Virus record (IMG/VR): IMGVR_UViG_3300023264_000002
Location: 1 to 52,065 of that record
Length of the DNA: 52,065 nucleotides
Direction: 5' to 3' (one strand)
Origin: a virus
Lineage: Duplodnaviria > Caudoviricetes
Shown here piece after piece: positions 40,103 through 49,690 of the stretch (positions are counted from its first letter, which is position 1; each line of letters begins with the position of its first letter). The position numbers and the translations under genes are program-made. Below the pieces are notes generated by a model. The model had not been told where the DNA came from and made no database searches. It saw only the letters and a list, made by a program, of their open reading frames with translations.

Positions 40103-41929
40103 TTACCTTGTATTCTGATCCATTGTTGTCGGTTGTGGTGTCTGTTCAGGATCAGGCTGATACAGACCTTCAGGATCAGAAGCCTGCTGCTCCTGCGCCA
40201 TCATTTCCTTCGCCGCCTCCATCATCTTCTGTGTTTCAATCTGTTCAATGAGACGAATGTTCTCGCTTACAAGACCATAACGTTCAAAGCCAAGAAGATG
40301 TTCGAGGGTTTCTGCAATCTTCTTACCGCTGAGGTGGACAGTAACAGCCGGGTCTTGTCCGATTGCTGATCCATAGAGCTGAGTAAGGTTCTGAACCATC
40401 GTAGCATTCTGAGCAAAGTGACGGGCACCCACCGGACGAATCTTGCCGTTGGCAGTAAGGTCTTCCTTACGGACGTTCTTGAATACAATCGCACCCGTAT
40501 CTCCATCAAGAACTCGAATAGAATCCTCTTCATTGAAGTTTCGACGAGCCATTTCTAGCATGTCGTTCAGGAGGGGCTCAAGAAATATCTCTTCGAAATA
40601 CGCAGTCTTGTTCAAGAAGATGCGATTTGCACCATTCTCAAGAACCTGAATTTCATAGGCTGTCTTTTCACCCGGAGTACGGAAACCCATGGCTTGCTTA
40701 GGAGCGCCAGCCATTTCTTCCATCTTCGCTTCATACATAGCAATCTGTGTATCGGCATTAAGCATTGTTGTATCGGGGGCCATAAACTCTACGTCCCCTT
40801 CGTCGCCTACATAAATCTCTTCGCCCGGTCCATAACTAAACTTTTCAACAAAACCTCTAATCTTCATTACAGGTTGAATGATTAGATCAAAAGCGTCTGA
40901 TTTGGCGTTTTCGAGATGATCGATCCTGTATTGCATTCCGACAAGGTTTTCAAGGGGACCCATTGCATATAGATTGTCCTGCCGGGGCCTCCATCCACAG
41001 TGTCTAATCGGCGGGCTACCCAACCATGACTCATCCGCATGATCTCGGACGATGAATGTCCTGTCAACAACGGAGATAAGATGATTTCTCTTAAGTTCAT
41101 TGGCTTCGCTGTCATAAATATCTCCATAAAAATCGAGAACTTCAACATAACTAGAATTGAAGTAATTCCACCAAGAAGTGAACCCTTCCATGATAAAAGC
41201 ATCATTCTTAGCAAAATCACCTTCAGTATACCCAGCAAGCTTCTGACGAGTCTCTCGCATCTTATTAATCCCGTCTTCGAGATAACGAAGTTCAGGTTTT
41301 GATTCAATCTCGCTCAAGAAAGAACCAATACTTTTAACAGTCCGAACTATCTTAGGAGCAGATTCAAAGTTATTTGCTGTCGGATCAAAAACAATATCAA
41401 GAGGACTAATTCTTTGAAGCTTCGGTCCAATATAAACAGGATAAATTTCCCCGTCGTTCGGGTCTTTCTTATAATCAGCTACGAACTGAGGCATAGCAAA
41501 AACATTACCAAAATCAATATAATCATACAAAAGTTTAGAAACTTCCGTACGAAACTTTGATTGCCTCATTTTATTCTGCATGTACTGTTCAATAATGAGA
41601 CGTTTATCTTTGTTCTCACTATCTTTATCATCTCCTTCCCACTGAATTGCATACTCAGAAGGAAAAAGGGCTGCCATGTAATTAGCATGAAGGTTGTCAC
41701 GAATCTGACAAAGCTTTGGAATATGCACCTTATTCTTCCACGGAAGAGACGCATTGGTCGTATTGTTCGTGTCTGTCGCAAAAACATACTCACGAATTTC
41801 TTTAATTGTATCAAGCCAATTAGACCTGAACATTGACCATTCATGGTACTGATTAGAAATAATCTTAGCCAGATTATCGGGCGGTCCAATTACTTCATTG
41901 ATTTGAAGGGCATTAGCCATTGAGTACAT
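40103..41929 (-). CDS. Portal protein
   Basis: LPWKN...PKLCQIRDNLHANY, RISPLDIVF, MGFRTPGEKTA; follows TerL. Confidence 0.93.
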   Translation of the reverse strand: MYSMANALQINEVIGPPDNLAKIISNQYHEWSMFRSNWLDTIKEIREYVFATDTNNTTNASLPWKNKVHIPKLCQIRDNLHANYMAALFPSEYAIQWEGDDKDSENKDKRLIIEQYMQNKMRQSKFRTEVSKLLYDYIDFGNVFAMPQFVADYKKDPNDGEIYPVYIGPKLQRISPLDIVFDPTANNFESAPKIVRTVKSIGSFLSEIESKPELRYLEDGINKMRETRQKLAGYTEGDFAKNDAFIMEGFTSWWNYFNSSYVEVLDFYGDIYDSEANELKRNHLISVVDRTFIVRDHADESWLGSPPIRHCGWRPRQDNLYAMGPLENLVGMQYRIDHLENAKSDAFDLIIQPVMKIRGFVEKFSYGPGEEIYVGDEGDVEFMAPDTTMLNADTQIAMYEAKMEEMAGAPKQAMGFRTPGEKTAYEIQVLENGANRIFLNKTAYFEEIFLEPLLNDMLEMARRNFNEEDSIRVLDGDTGAIVFKNVRKEDLTANGKIRPVGARHFAQNATMVQNLTQLYGSAIGQDPAVTVHLSGKKIAETLEHLLGFERYGLVSENIRLIEQIETQKMMEAAKEMMAQEQQASDPEGLYQPDPEQTPQPTTMDQNTR

Positions 41930-42098
41930 TCTCCAAAATATGTTCAGCTAGCCCATGAAAAATCTTATAAGTATCAAGAGGCGATAGCGTAGATTCGTAA
42001 TTAATACTTCCATCTCCGCGAAGAGCAATACCAATGACAGGAGTTCCCTCGTCATGATTAATTTCTTCAATAAAGATATGGTCATCATCAATAATCAT
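41913..42098 (-). CDS. Hypothetical protein
   Basis: TAATG coupling to TerL. Confidence 0.6.
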   Translation of the reverse strand: MIIDDDHIFIEEINHDEGTPVIGIALRGDGSINYESTLSPLDTYKIFHGLAEHILENVLNG

Positions 42099-43645
42099 TA
42101 TGCGGCTACTCCACCAAAACGAGGGTGATACACAATATTTCCTTGTCCTGCTGGGCGATCTCTGCCCATAATACCTTGAGGAGGAACAGCAATAGAGATC
42201 GCTGAAGCAAGAGCGTCTTTACAATCGTCGTGAGGAGGATGCCTCATAACAAGTTCATCTTCAAGTGTCTGGCAAAACCCTCCTCGATAATGCCAGACTG
42301 CTTGATTATTATATCTAGGCTCTAGAATTGCTTCCATTCGTTCTTCTTTAGAACCTTGATGTTTTGTTGGCTTCAATTCAATAATTGAAATATACAAACC
42401 ATTTGGACGAAAGTAATTATCTTTTAGGTCGTTGACGATTTGCTTTTGGAAAGCTGTGACTTCCGCGCCGAGTTTCCTGAAGCCCCACTTTTTGTGGAGG
42501 TCGAGAATATGTTTATAATATTCCGAAATCCTATCGGTTTTAAATCGATCGACATCGAGAACGTAGACGTTGTTTTCTCTATCGACACCAACGACGACAA
42601 TCGCCGTATAGTCTGACCGAACACCTGTAGACGCCGCGAAATCGACTGAGGCGAAAAGATTGAGTTTTCTTCCATTTATAAACCAGCTCCCTTGATCGTT
42701 GATTAAACCTTTTGGTGAATAGTATTGAAAGTTATCTCTACTAATACCTACATCACCGCCTCTATTGGGGTTATTGTAATACTGCGCATAGAATTGAGCT
42801 TTATCAATATACTTAGCTCTTTTCTTAGCAAGGATTCCTGCGTCGAACCCAAACCATTTTCCATCATCTCTCTGCTGACGCGGCCACAAAAACACACCTG
42901 AGCCGTCACCGATGTCCTCTACCTTTCGCTCGAAAGTATCGTACACCGAAGATTTATGGATCACCTCCCCTCGATTATTGTAAATCTCTTCCTCCATCTC
43001 CAACATTTTGGAATAGAGGTCTTTGGGATGATAACGAGTGCCAACAACCCACTCTTCCATATCTGCGCCCTCAATGGACGAAAGAAGAGAGTATTGACGT
43101 TCAACTTTGTCACGACCTTCTTCTGTGTAAGCATTCTCTGGAACAACAACGTCATCCAGAACAGCTACATCACAGTGAAGACCCGTTAGACCCGTGGTGA
43201 GGCCCCCGGTAAATACTGTCGGATCGCGAACACCTTCCGCTTTACGCTTTGGATGATCGACCGAAATTTCGCTCGAAGTCCACCGTTCTCGGTCATTCTC
43301 GTTCTCCTTTACCATTTCAGGCCAATATCGCCTGTAAATGTTTGATGTGATTAAATCTTTAATAAACTTTAACTGTTTCTCAGCAAGATTACTAGTAGCA
43401 GAAATATACAGAATGCGTACATCTGGTTGCTTAGTGAGTCTCCATGCTACTCTAAACGCAATCATACGGCTCTTCCCGTGATCTCGGGGAAGAAGAGTAA
43501 GCTGATGATTAGATGTATCTTGAGAAGTTGCCCACCGACACCATTCCTGATGTACGGCACCAAGAACTTGGTAAGGAGCGACGAGACGAATAAATGTCTC
43601 TAAGTCTGCTTCAGCCGCTTCTCTAATTTCTTTAATCGATGACAA
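42098..43645 (-). CDS. terL: Terminase large subunit
   Basis: PRDHGKS Walker A, VLDDVV Walker B, GTRY, VDFA..DYT, HDDCKDA. Confidence 0.95.
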   Translation of the reverse strand: MSSIKEIREAAEADLETFIRLVAPYQVLGAVHQEWCRWATSQDTSNHQLTLLPRDHGKSRMIAFRVAWRLTKQPDVRILYISATSNLAEKQLKFIKDLITSNIYRRYWPEMVKENENDRERWTSSEISVDHPKRKAEGVRDPTVFTGGLTTGLTGLHCDVAVLDDVVVPENAYTEEGRDKVERQYSLLSSIEGADMEEWVVGTRYHPKDLYSKMLEMEEEIYNNRGEVIHKSSVYDTFERKVEDIGDGSGVFLWPRQQRDDGKWFGFDAGILAKKRAKYIDKAQFYAQYYNNPNRGGDVGISRDNFQYYSPKGLINDQGSWFINGRKLNLFASVDFAASTGVRSDYTAIVVVGVDRENNVYVLDVDRFKTDRISEYYKHILDLHKKWGFRKLGAEVTAFQKQIVNDLKDNYFRPNGLYISIIELKPTKHQGSKEERMEAILEPRYNNQAVWHYRGGFCQTLEDELVMRHPPHDDCKDALASAISIAVPPQGIMGRDRPAGQGNIVYHPRFGGVAA

Positions 43646-43690
43646 AAATGCTAACCTTTAAATGGATAATCTGAACCGCTGAAATATTTC

Positions 43691-43945
43691 TTACTTTCTT
43701 TTTCGATGGGCATTTTTTGTTCTTGGAAAACTTCTGTTTTTTGCTTTCGATTGGACCGCAAGATTACTACGAGAATTATTAGCTGGATTGTTATTAAGGT
43801 GTGCAACATCTTTACCATCTCCCTTTCTAACTTTACCGGCTTTCATCATCTTCCGACGAGCAGCATTTCTTTGAGCTCGACGCTTCTTCTGTTCAGGTTT
43901 ACTATTATATTTTGCTTGTGCCCTTCGGCGTGCTTCAGTAGCCAT
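43691..43945 (-). CDS. Small basic HNH-like protein
   Basis: RNAARR...KGDGKDVAH...N...NL...NRS. Confidence 0.7.
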   Translation of the reverse strand: MATEARRRAQAKYNSKPEQKKRRAQRNAARRKMMKAGKVRKGDGKDVAHLNNNPANNSRSNLAVQSKAKNRSFPRTKNAHRKRK

Positions 43946-45855
43946 TAAATACTCCGATAACTAATAGCAGACAAATCTGCTTTCATTGTAACCTGTGATC
44001 CAGAGACCTCAGACGCGAACACCAATTGAACCGTACCTCCCGTAACCCCTACAGATATAATTGCTCGCCCAATTAGAGGGATATTCGTATTTGAGTTAGA
44101 GACGGCTGTAGTTGTATTGACTGCTACCGCGTCTGCTCTCTGAACAGTACCAATAATACTGCTCGCTGTTCCAAATGAATAATTACCTCCGGATACCGAA
44201 CCTGAAGGAATATCCCAAGCAACACCAATACCTGTTGTTGTCGCAGCAGTTTGATAGGTCAAGATATAATCAATAATGTATGTAGTACTTGCCGTCGCCG
44301 TAAAGGAGAGACCAGTAACATTTACATACCCAGCCGTAGGGTCATTAGTTGTGGAAACATCAGCAGTAAGCTTTACCCATGTCCAAGGGTCAGAACCACC
44401 GCCTCCGGTCGCACTAAGCGTCGTACCCGACATAGAAAGACCACTACCTACCGTGATCTCTTCAAAATCTCCCGCGCCTGAAGCGGAGCCTCGACCAACA
44501 AGCTTAGACGCAGCAGAAGAATTCTGTATTTTTGCGAACGTTACTGCATCATTAACTAAACCGGCTGTAGGAAGACCTGTACAATTAGTTAGTGTTCCTG
44601 ACGAAGGTGTTCCTAGAGGTCCGGCGTCATACAAAAGAGTTGCATTGGCATTAGGAAGTGTAAAAGTCTTTTCAGATGTTGCCGGACCACTGAATTTAGT
44701 AAACCCGTTTCCTGTTCCTCCTCGCGAAGAAGCCAGTGTTCCTGTCCACCCTACAGTAACTGATGTGGCCTGTAAAAGAGCTGTTGCCGGAGTTCCACCT
44801 AAAGTTAATGTAACATTGGTGTCATCTGTTTTGGTCAGAGCTGCCGGGGTAACACTACTACCGGGAGGTGCCGCCCATGTTCCATCCGCTCTAAGGAAAT
44901 TAGTTGTACCTCCTCCTGAAGCAGGAGCAAGACCTTTTAGAGCAGACGTAAACGTATCAAGAAGAGTAGTTGCCTGTGTCCCTGTTAAAGCCTCAGGAAC
45001 ACCTGTCGCTGCTGTAACACGCCCAATGAAGCGAGCCGTAGCAATGTCCGCCATTTTAGCAAGGGTAACAACCCCCGATTGAATTGTTCCTGCCGCTGTG
45101 ACGTTACTAGAACCATTAAAGGAAGGACTTGTCCAAACAACGTCCCCTGTCATTCCAATTGTACGACCAGTGGTCAGTGTAGCCGCTGACCCTGTTGTAT
45201 TCTGGTTAAGAGTTGGGAAATCCGCAGCAACAGCAATAGACGGAACACCTGTTCCTGTCGTATTCTTTAAAATACCTGTCGTAAGACCTGAAAGAGCAAC
45301 GCCGTTAATCTTTCCAACGGTTACTGCAAAACTTCCAGTTCCTGAGCCAGTTGCATCTCCTGTAAGCGTAATCGTTTGATCTCCGCTATTCGTACCAGAA
45401 AGACCAAGGTCCGTTTTTAACGTAGCAAGACTTTGTACCTCAGGAGAGCCCGTACCCGCTGTTTTACGATAAAACACCGTTCCTGTAGCAACGTCAGCCA
45501 TCTTAGAAAGAGTTACAGACCCTGCATCAATTGTATAAACAGATGCAGAACTTGAGATGGTGATGTCGCCTTTGTCACCATCAGTGACTCCAGGTCCAGC
45601 AGGCCCAGTGGCTCCTGTTAATCCTGTAGGTCCGGTGGGACCAGCGGGTCCTGTAGCGCCTGTAGGACCTGCCGGACCGATTGTAGCCACATAAGGTAAT
45701 ACAGACCAAAGACTCGTTCCGTCTCCAATTTTAAGTTTAGGCGGAGAGCTGTCTGTCTCAATACCCAACTCACCAACGGCAAGAATCGGATCGACGGATG
45801 TCCAGTTCGCCGCTGTATCTCGGCGTGGCCTTATTCTTGCATTCTCGCTACTCAA
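43945..45855 (-). CDS. Tail fibre protein with collagen-like and VTxAK repeats
   Basis: N-terminal RRDTAANW..DPILAVGELGIETD..KIGDG; GPTGATGPAG repeats; Thr/Gly/Ser-rich. Confidence 0.82.
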   Translation of the reverse strand: MSSENARIRPRRDTAANWTSVDPILAVGELGIETDSSPPKLKIGDGTSLWSVLPYVATIGPAGPTGATGPAGPTGPTGLTGATGPAGPGVTDGDKGDITISSSASVYTIDAGSVTLSKMADVATGTVFYRKTAGTGSPEVQSLATLKTDLGLSGTNSGDQTITLTGDATGSGTGSFAVTVGKINGVALSGLTTGILKNTTGTGVPSIAVAADFPTLNQNTTGSAATLTTGRTIGMTGDVVWTSPSFNGSSNVTAAGTIQSGVVTLAKMADIATARFIGRVTAATGVPEALTGTQATTLLDTFTSALKGLAPASGGGTTNFLRADGTWAAPPGSSVTPAALTKTDDTNVTLTLGGTPATALLQATSVTVGWTGTLASSRGGTGNGFTKFSGPATSEKTFTLPNANATLLYDAGPLGTPSSGTLTNCTGLPTAGLVNDAVTFAKIQNSSAASKLVGRGSASGAGDFEEITVGSGLSMSGTTLSATGGGGSDPWTWVKLTADVSTTNDPTAGYVNVTGLSFTATASTTYIIDYILTYQTAATTTGIGVAWDIPSGSVSGGNYSFGTASSIIGTVQRADAVAVNTTTAVSNSNTNIPLIGRAIISVGVTGGTVQLVFASEVSGSQVTMKADLSAISYRSI

Positions 45856-46109
45856 GCGCCGCCTCCGTCTACATCAATTAAAAAAGAAGAACCTGCATTT
45901 GCATCTCCACCGTCTAGATCAAGAGAAGTTGAAGAACCGCCGATTGAATCTAGTGCTGCTTGCAAATCAAGTTGGTCTGACAACGTACCAGTAATATCTC
46001 CCCAGGTGGAGGAACCAATACCCCCAACAACATCACCTTGAGTAACATTTGGTCCGTATGCACGACGGACTTTTCGCCCTGAAGGAAGGGGGAATCTTGA
46101 AAAAGCCAT
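45852..46109 (-). CDS. Small virion-associated protein
   Basis: WGDITGTLSDQLDLQAALD and LDGG/VDGG motifs typical of fibre-associated proteins. Confidence 0.65.
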   Translation of the reverse strand: MAFSRFPLPSGRKVRRAYGPNVTQGDVVGGIGSSTWGDITGTLSDQLDLQAALDSIGGSSTSLDLDGGDANAGSSFLIDVDGGGA

Positions 46110-46621
46110 TATTTAACCGCTTGAATCCTTTTAAAGTCGTCAGCTAGCTGTTTTTCAACTTCAGCCGCTTCACGAGCCTGTCGAGTGACCTCCGCATTCG
46201 ACGGACGGCCTTTCGAAGCAGACTTATCTTTACGATATTCTTTATTAGCAAGGTACTTAGCTGCCGCAAGTTGCTGAGCAGGGAGACCCTCTTTCAAAAG
46301 CAAGCGAATCATCGCCATAGCTTCAGATGCAAGCGCTGCGTCTAGCTCTCTATCCCATACTTCTTTAGCCGCTACAAACCAACGGCAATTCATAAGAGCC
46401 GTCCAAAGATTATAATCACCAAGAAGCTCTTGAGCAACAGCATATCCTGTAGGGTCACGATGCTCAACGTACTTCTTACCGAAGTTAATCAGATTCGGCT
46501 TATCTTTATACAGGCTAAAAGAAGGTTCAATTATCCGAAGATCAATAGGAAGATTAATCCACTCTTCCCAAAAGAGCTGTTTCGTATAATATTTACCGTT
46601 TGTTGCTTTGAAGTTCTTCAT
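46109..46621 (-). CDS. Putative terminase small subunit
   Basis: DPTGY..A..LLG, AAAKYL, KGRPS; position upstream of TerL. Confidence 0.65.
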   Translation of the reverse strand: MKNFKATNGKYYTKQLFWEEWINLPIDLRIIEPSFSLYKDKPNLINFGKKYVEHRDPTGYAVAQELLGDYNLWTALMNCRWFVAAKEVWDRELDAALASEAMAMIRLLLKEGLPAQQLAAAKYLANKEYRKDKSASKGRPSNAEVTRQAREAAEVEKQLADDFKRIQAVK

Positions 46622-46633
46622 TCTCTTTCCTAC

Positions 46634-48610
46634 TTAAGCCGCAAGAGTTCCGAAGGTTTTCCAACCTGAAGCTGTCATTCCCCAACCAATATTTCCTCCG
46701 GCAGTCGGGACGCTGTTGTAAACTTTACGACCAATTGCCCATGTTCCAAGGGAAGGGGTTGTGGAAGCTTCATCGACACCCGAAGCAGATACAGTCCAGC
46801 CATTATTGAGACCGTCCCAACGGAAAGTCAATGTACGATTAGAACCAGAAAAAGGATATCCTGTTAGACCGGGTGAACCATTAACAAGAGTTGCGTCATC
46901 CGTTGTCTTAACAAGAAGAGTCTTATTATTTGTATTAGCCATGTGAATTGTGAATGTTTCAGGCAAAGTCGGATTCAGCGGAGCATTTGGAATAATAACC
47001 GAACCGTCATTTGTCATTGTCACAATAAGCGTTTTAACGTAGTAAGTAACGTAAAGCGTAGCTTCCATTACCGGATAATTGACCGGATTGTGAACAGCCT
47101 TACTTGCTTCCGCTGTGACAGCGCCATCAAAAGAGACTAGACCAATAGTAACCCTAATTCCTTCAGACGAAGCCGGGACAGGATCGTGAACAGTGTAATA
47201 AGCTCCGTTTTTAACCCATTCACTACCAGCACCATTGAACTCGCTGTATTCGCCCGTACTGGTCGAACTAAAGACAAGCTCACTAGAACCCTGAATCTTT
47301 CCGTAACAACCGTTACCTTCAAAAAGATTACCTCTTCCCTGCGCGCCATACAAGGAAAAGTCCATCAAGCCCGCCGTCGAGTTAGCCAAGAAAATACAGT
47401 TAGCAATCTCCCAAACGTTGTTATCACTTCCTCGGGCAATATTCATACCCGACCCCTTAAAGATCGTGAATTTTGTATTTGCAGGAATCGAGGGAAGGGC
47501 AGGGCTTACAGTCAGAATCTGGCCTGCAACCGCAGTAATCATTGAAGGATCGTAGCCCTCCACCCAAATAATGTCCTTACCTACTTCAATATCGAAAGTA
47601 GAAGGAACAGCGCCAGAAATCGTTACAGAAGTTCCTGAAGCAGAGCAGCGGGCAGGAGTTGAGATGTAGTTAATTCCGTTGAAGAAAGCGGTTCCCGCGT
47701 TGATTACCGTTCCATTTTCTTTAAAAACACAGTTACGAAAAGAAATTGTATTGTTGTTATCACTGGCAGCAAGAGGACGAAGACCGTCTCTTTTCACACC
47801 CCGGACAACTACTCTCTCAAAAAGAGAACCTTTCATCGCAATTGGGCAAATACCGTCTGTGGCGAGAGCGTTTCCGTTAAAAGTAATCCCAGCGACTCGA
47901 AGATTAGCAGCAAGGTATCCGGTAGCACCTCCTTGGAACGTCGCCATTACGGCCATGGGGGCTAGAGCTTTAATTGTCGCTCCTTCTGATCCCTCAATAC
48001 CCGCTGTAAACGTAAGACCTGAAGTGATTCCAAAGGTTCCGGTAAAGTAAAGCTTTATACCAAGACTTGCAGCGGCTTCAATAGCGTCCGTATCGTCTGT
48101 ACTTCCATCCCCTTTGGCTCCGAACATATAAGGAGTAATAAACTGTTCTAGAGAAAGCTTAAAACCTCTCCCGTTCTGGTCAATAAAAGAAGTAAGGGGG
48201 TTATTATCTACGTAATCTTCATCTACATCTTCGTCGTAGAAGTAGAAAGCAGCCCCTTTCCCGCTTTCACTGAAACCAGATGTACGAATATTGTCCGTAC
48301 CCTCGCCGATCTCATAATTTGAAAGGTCATTAAAAAGCCCGACAGAGGTTACATTTCCGCCGGGATCACCTTTTGGTCCTGAAAGACTTTGAGCCTGAGC
48401 AAGGTTTACTGCATCTTTAGCATTAACTGCATCCCCCACGTTCCTAATACGGTTGTGGTTCATGTTAAGCTGCGATAGCATCTCATTAGGAGAAGACCCA
48501 TCCCTTGACAGAGTATTGTCAAAGCCCTCTTCGATCCTATCGAAATTCTGGTTGATCTTTGTTACTGCGTTCAAGTTCGCAGAAATGGGGGGCAAGTTAA
48601 CCTTAGACAA
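46634..48610 (-). CDS. Tailspike / tail fibre with pectate-lyase-like beta-helix
   Basis: NTLSRDG..PN.M...MN..RI.N anchor; FGAKGDGSTDDTDAI; TTG start with AAGGAG. Confidence 0.85.
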   Translation of the reverse strand: MSKVNLPPISANLNAVTKINQNFDRIEEGFDNTLSRDGSSPNEMLSQLNMNHNRIRNVGDAVNAKDAVNLAQAQSLSGPKGDPGGNVTSVGLFNDLSNYEIGEGTDNIRTSGFSESGKGAAFYFYDEDVDEDYVDNNPLTSFIDQNGRGFKLSLEQFITPYMFGAKGDGSTDDTDAIEAAASLGIKLYFTGTFGITSGLTFTAGIEGSEGATIKALAPMAVMATFQGGATGYLAANLRVAGITFNGNALATDGICPIAMKGSLFERVVVRGVKRDGLRPLAASDNNNTISFRNCVFKENGTVINAGTAFFNGINYISTPARCSASGTSVTISGAVPSTFDIEVGKDIIWVEGYDPSMITAVAGQILTVSPALPSIPANTKFTIFKGSGMNIARGSDNNVWEIANCIFLANSTAGLMDFSLYGAQGRGNLFEGNGCYGKIQGSSELVFSSTSTGEYSEFNGAGSEWVKNGAYYTVHDPVPASSEGIRVTIGLVSFDGAVTAEASKAVHNPVNYPVMEATLYVTYYVKTLIVTMTNDGSVIIPNAPLNPTLPETFTIHMANTNNKTLLVKTTDDATLVNGSPGLTGYPFSGSNRTLTFRWDGLNNGWTVSASGVDEASTTPSLGTWAIGRKVYNSVPTAGGNIGWGMTASGWKTFGTLAA

Positions 48611-48640
48611 GTAATAGAACTCCTTCTAACTATTAACGGT

Positions 48641-48669
48641 ATTATAACATGATTACGTACGAATGTCAA
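48641..48669 (-). promoter_or_regulatory. Sigma70-type promoter for the structural arm
   Basis: On the - strand: TTGACA (48669-48664), 17-nt spacer, TATAAT (48646-48641). Confidence 0.9.
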
Positions 48670-48697
48670 GAAAAAAGACCTGCAAATACGATTTTAC

Positions 48698-48726
48698 TTG
48701 ACAAGGTAGGCAAAATACAGTATAAT
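48698..48726 (+). promoter_or_regulatory. Divergent sigma70-type promoter
   Basis: TTGACA (48698-48703), 17-nt spacer, TATAAT (48721-48726). Confidence 0.9.
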
Positions 48727-48732
48727 ACTATT

Positions 48733-48890
48733 AAGAGTCTCGCCGGGGGTAAATGTATATGTATTCTATGTTTGAATGTTAGGGGGTAGGGGCGAGTAAA
48801 TACGAGCCCCGGGGGAACAACTCGTCAACGGTGGGCGAGACAGTTATAGACATTATAAGGCTCCGCCGTGGTTGGTGAGAGCCTTTTCTT
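48733..48890 (+). ncRNA. Candidate small structured RNA
   Basis: Lies between a perfect promoter and a terminator; closing stem GTCTCGCC/GGCGAGAC. Confidence 0.55.
48857..48890 (+). terminator. Intrinsic terminator
   Basis: AAGGCTC.CGCC/GGTG.A.GAGCCTT hairpin followed by TTCTT. Confidence 0.65.
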
Positions 48891-49062
48891 ATATATGGGC
48901 GGGAAATATATTTGTCAACTGTACTTGTCCAAGACGAGCGATAGATTTCAATATTTTCTCCTAGCGAATTTTAAGGGGTAGTATGCATAAACGAAGGCAC
49001 CCCCACACCCCCCGGGCACCCCGTCACGATATATTGTCACAATCTCCTCATCATTTGATATT

Positions 49063-49081
49063 GCTACTCATTCTCATTATC
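49063..49081. promoter_or_regulatory. Fur-box-like site
   Basis: Reverse complement GATAATGAGAATGAGTAGC matches 15/19 of GATAATGATAATCATTATC. Confidence 0.45.
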
Positions 49082-49160
49082 AATTGTGTAAGGTTTGCTT
49101 GACACCTCTGCTATTGAGAGTCAACCTCAACAGGCTGTCCTATCCAGCTAACACACTGAT

Positions 49161-49177
49161 CTGGCACGATTCTTGCT
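49161..49177 (+). promoter_or_regulatory. Sigma54 (-24/-12) promoter consensus
   Basis: CTGGCACG-ATTC-TTGCT with correct GG-N10-GC spacing. Confidence 0.6.
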
Positions 49178-49450
49178 CCTCACGTGCGCGGGTTCCTCCT
49201 CTCTCGCGACAGACCATCTCTTAACCTATGTTAGTATCTTTTTTCTCACCTTCCTTGGAACCATCTAACCCCTCTCTCGTTTTGCTTGCATCGGTTGGTT
49301 GATTGCGTCCGCCCCTCTCTGGCGTTGACCCGCACTCAGGACTAACCACACGGCTAGAAAGTTTCTTTGGAACCTTTCCTTTGACCACTTGTTTAGCCAT
49401 CACATAGTCACACAGGGTAGCACTAGCGGCCCGTCTCGAAAGGGAATAAA

Positions 49451-49690
49451 ATGACACGCCATCAAAGGCGTAAGGCTTCGGCACAGCGTAAGCTTGCTAA
49501 GTCTCACGCTGAGATAGTCCGGCGCAACCTCTCTTCACCCCGTCCTATGGACATCCGGGTGCGCGGTCGCCAGATTAGCCCGGTCTATGATAACAACATG
49601 GACCGTGCGAGGGGTCGGGGAACTACTCCGATCCATCCGTTGGTGGAACGAGTAATCAAGCGCGAGCTTGTGAACTGGAACCCCTACTGA
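49451..49690 (+). CDS. Small basic early protein
   Basis: AAGGGA RBS; Arg-rich 79 aa. Confidence 0.7.
   Translation: MTRHQRRKASAQRKLAKSHAEIVRRNLSSPRPMDIRVRGRQISPVYDNNMDRARGRGTTPIHPLVERVIKRELVNWNPY

Noticed and set aside
44276-45379. Long + strand ORFs opposite the tail fibre
   Set aside because: Antisense shadows of a Thr/Gly/Ala-rich gene
48633-48648. CtrA-like TTAA-N7-ATAAC site overlapping the late promoter
   Set aside because: Imperfect match in AT-rich promoter DNA and the host is unknown
49221-49484. 87-aa - strand ORF near the putative terminus
   Set aside because: Opposes the local gene direction, overlaps a better ORF and has no motif
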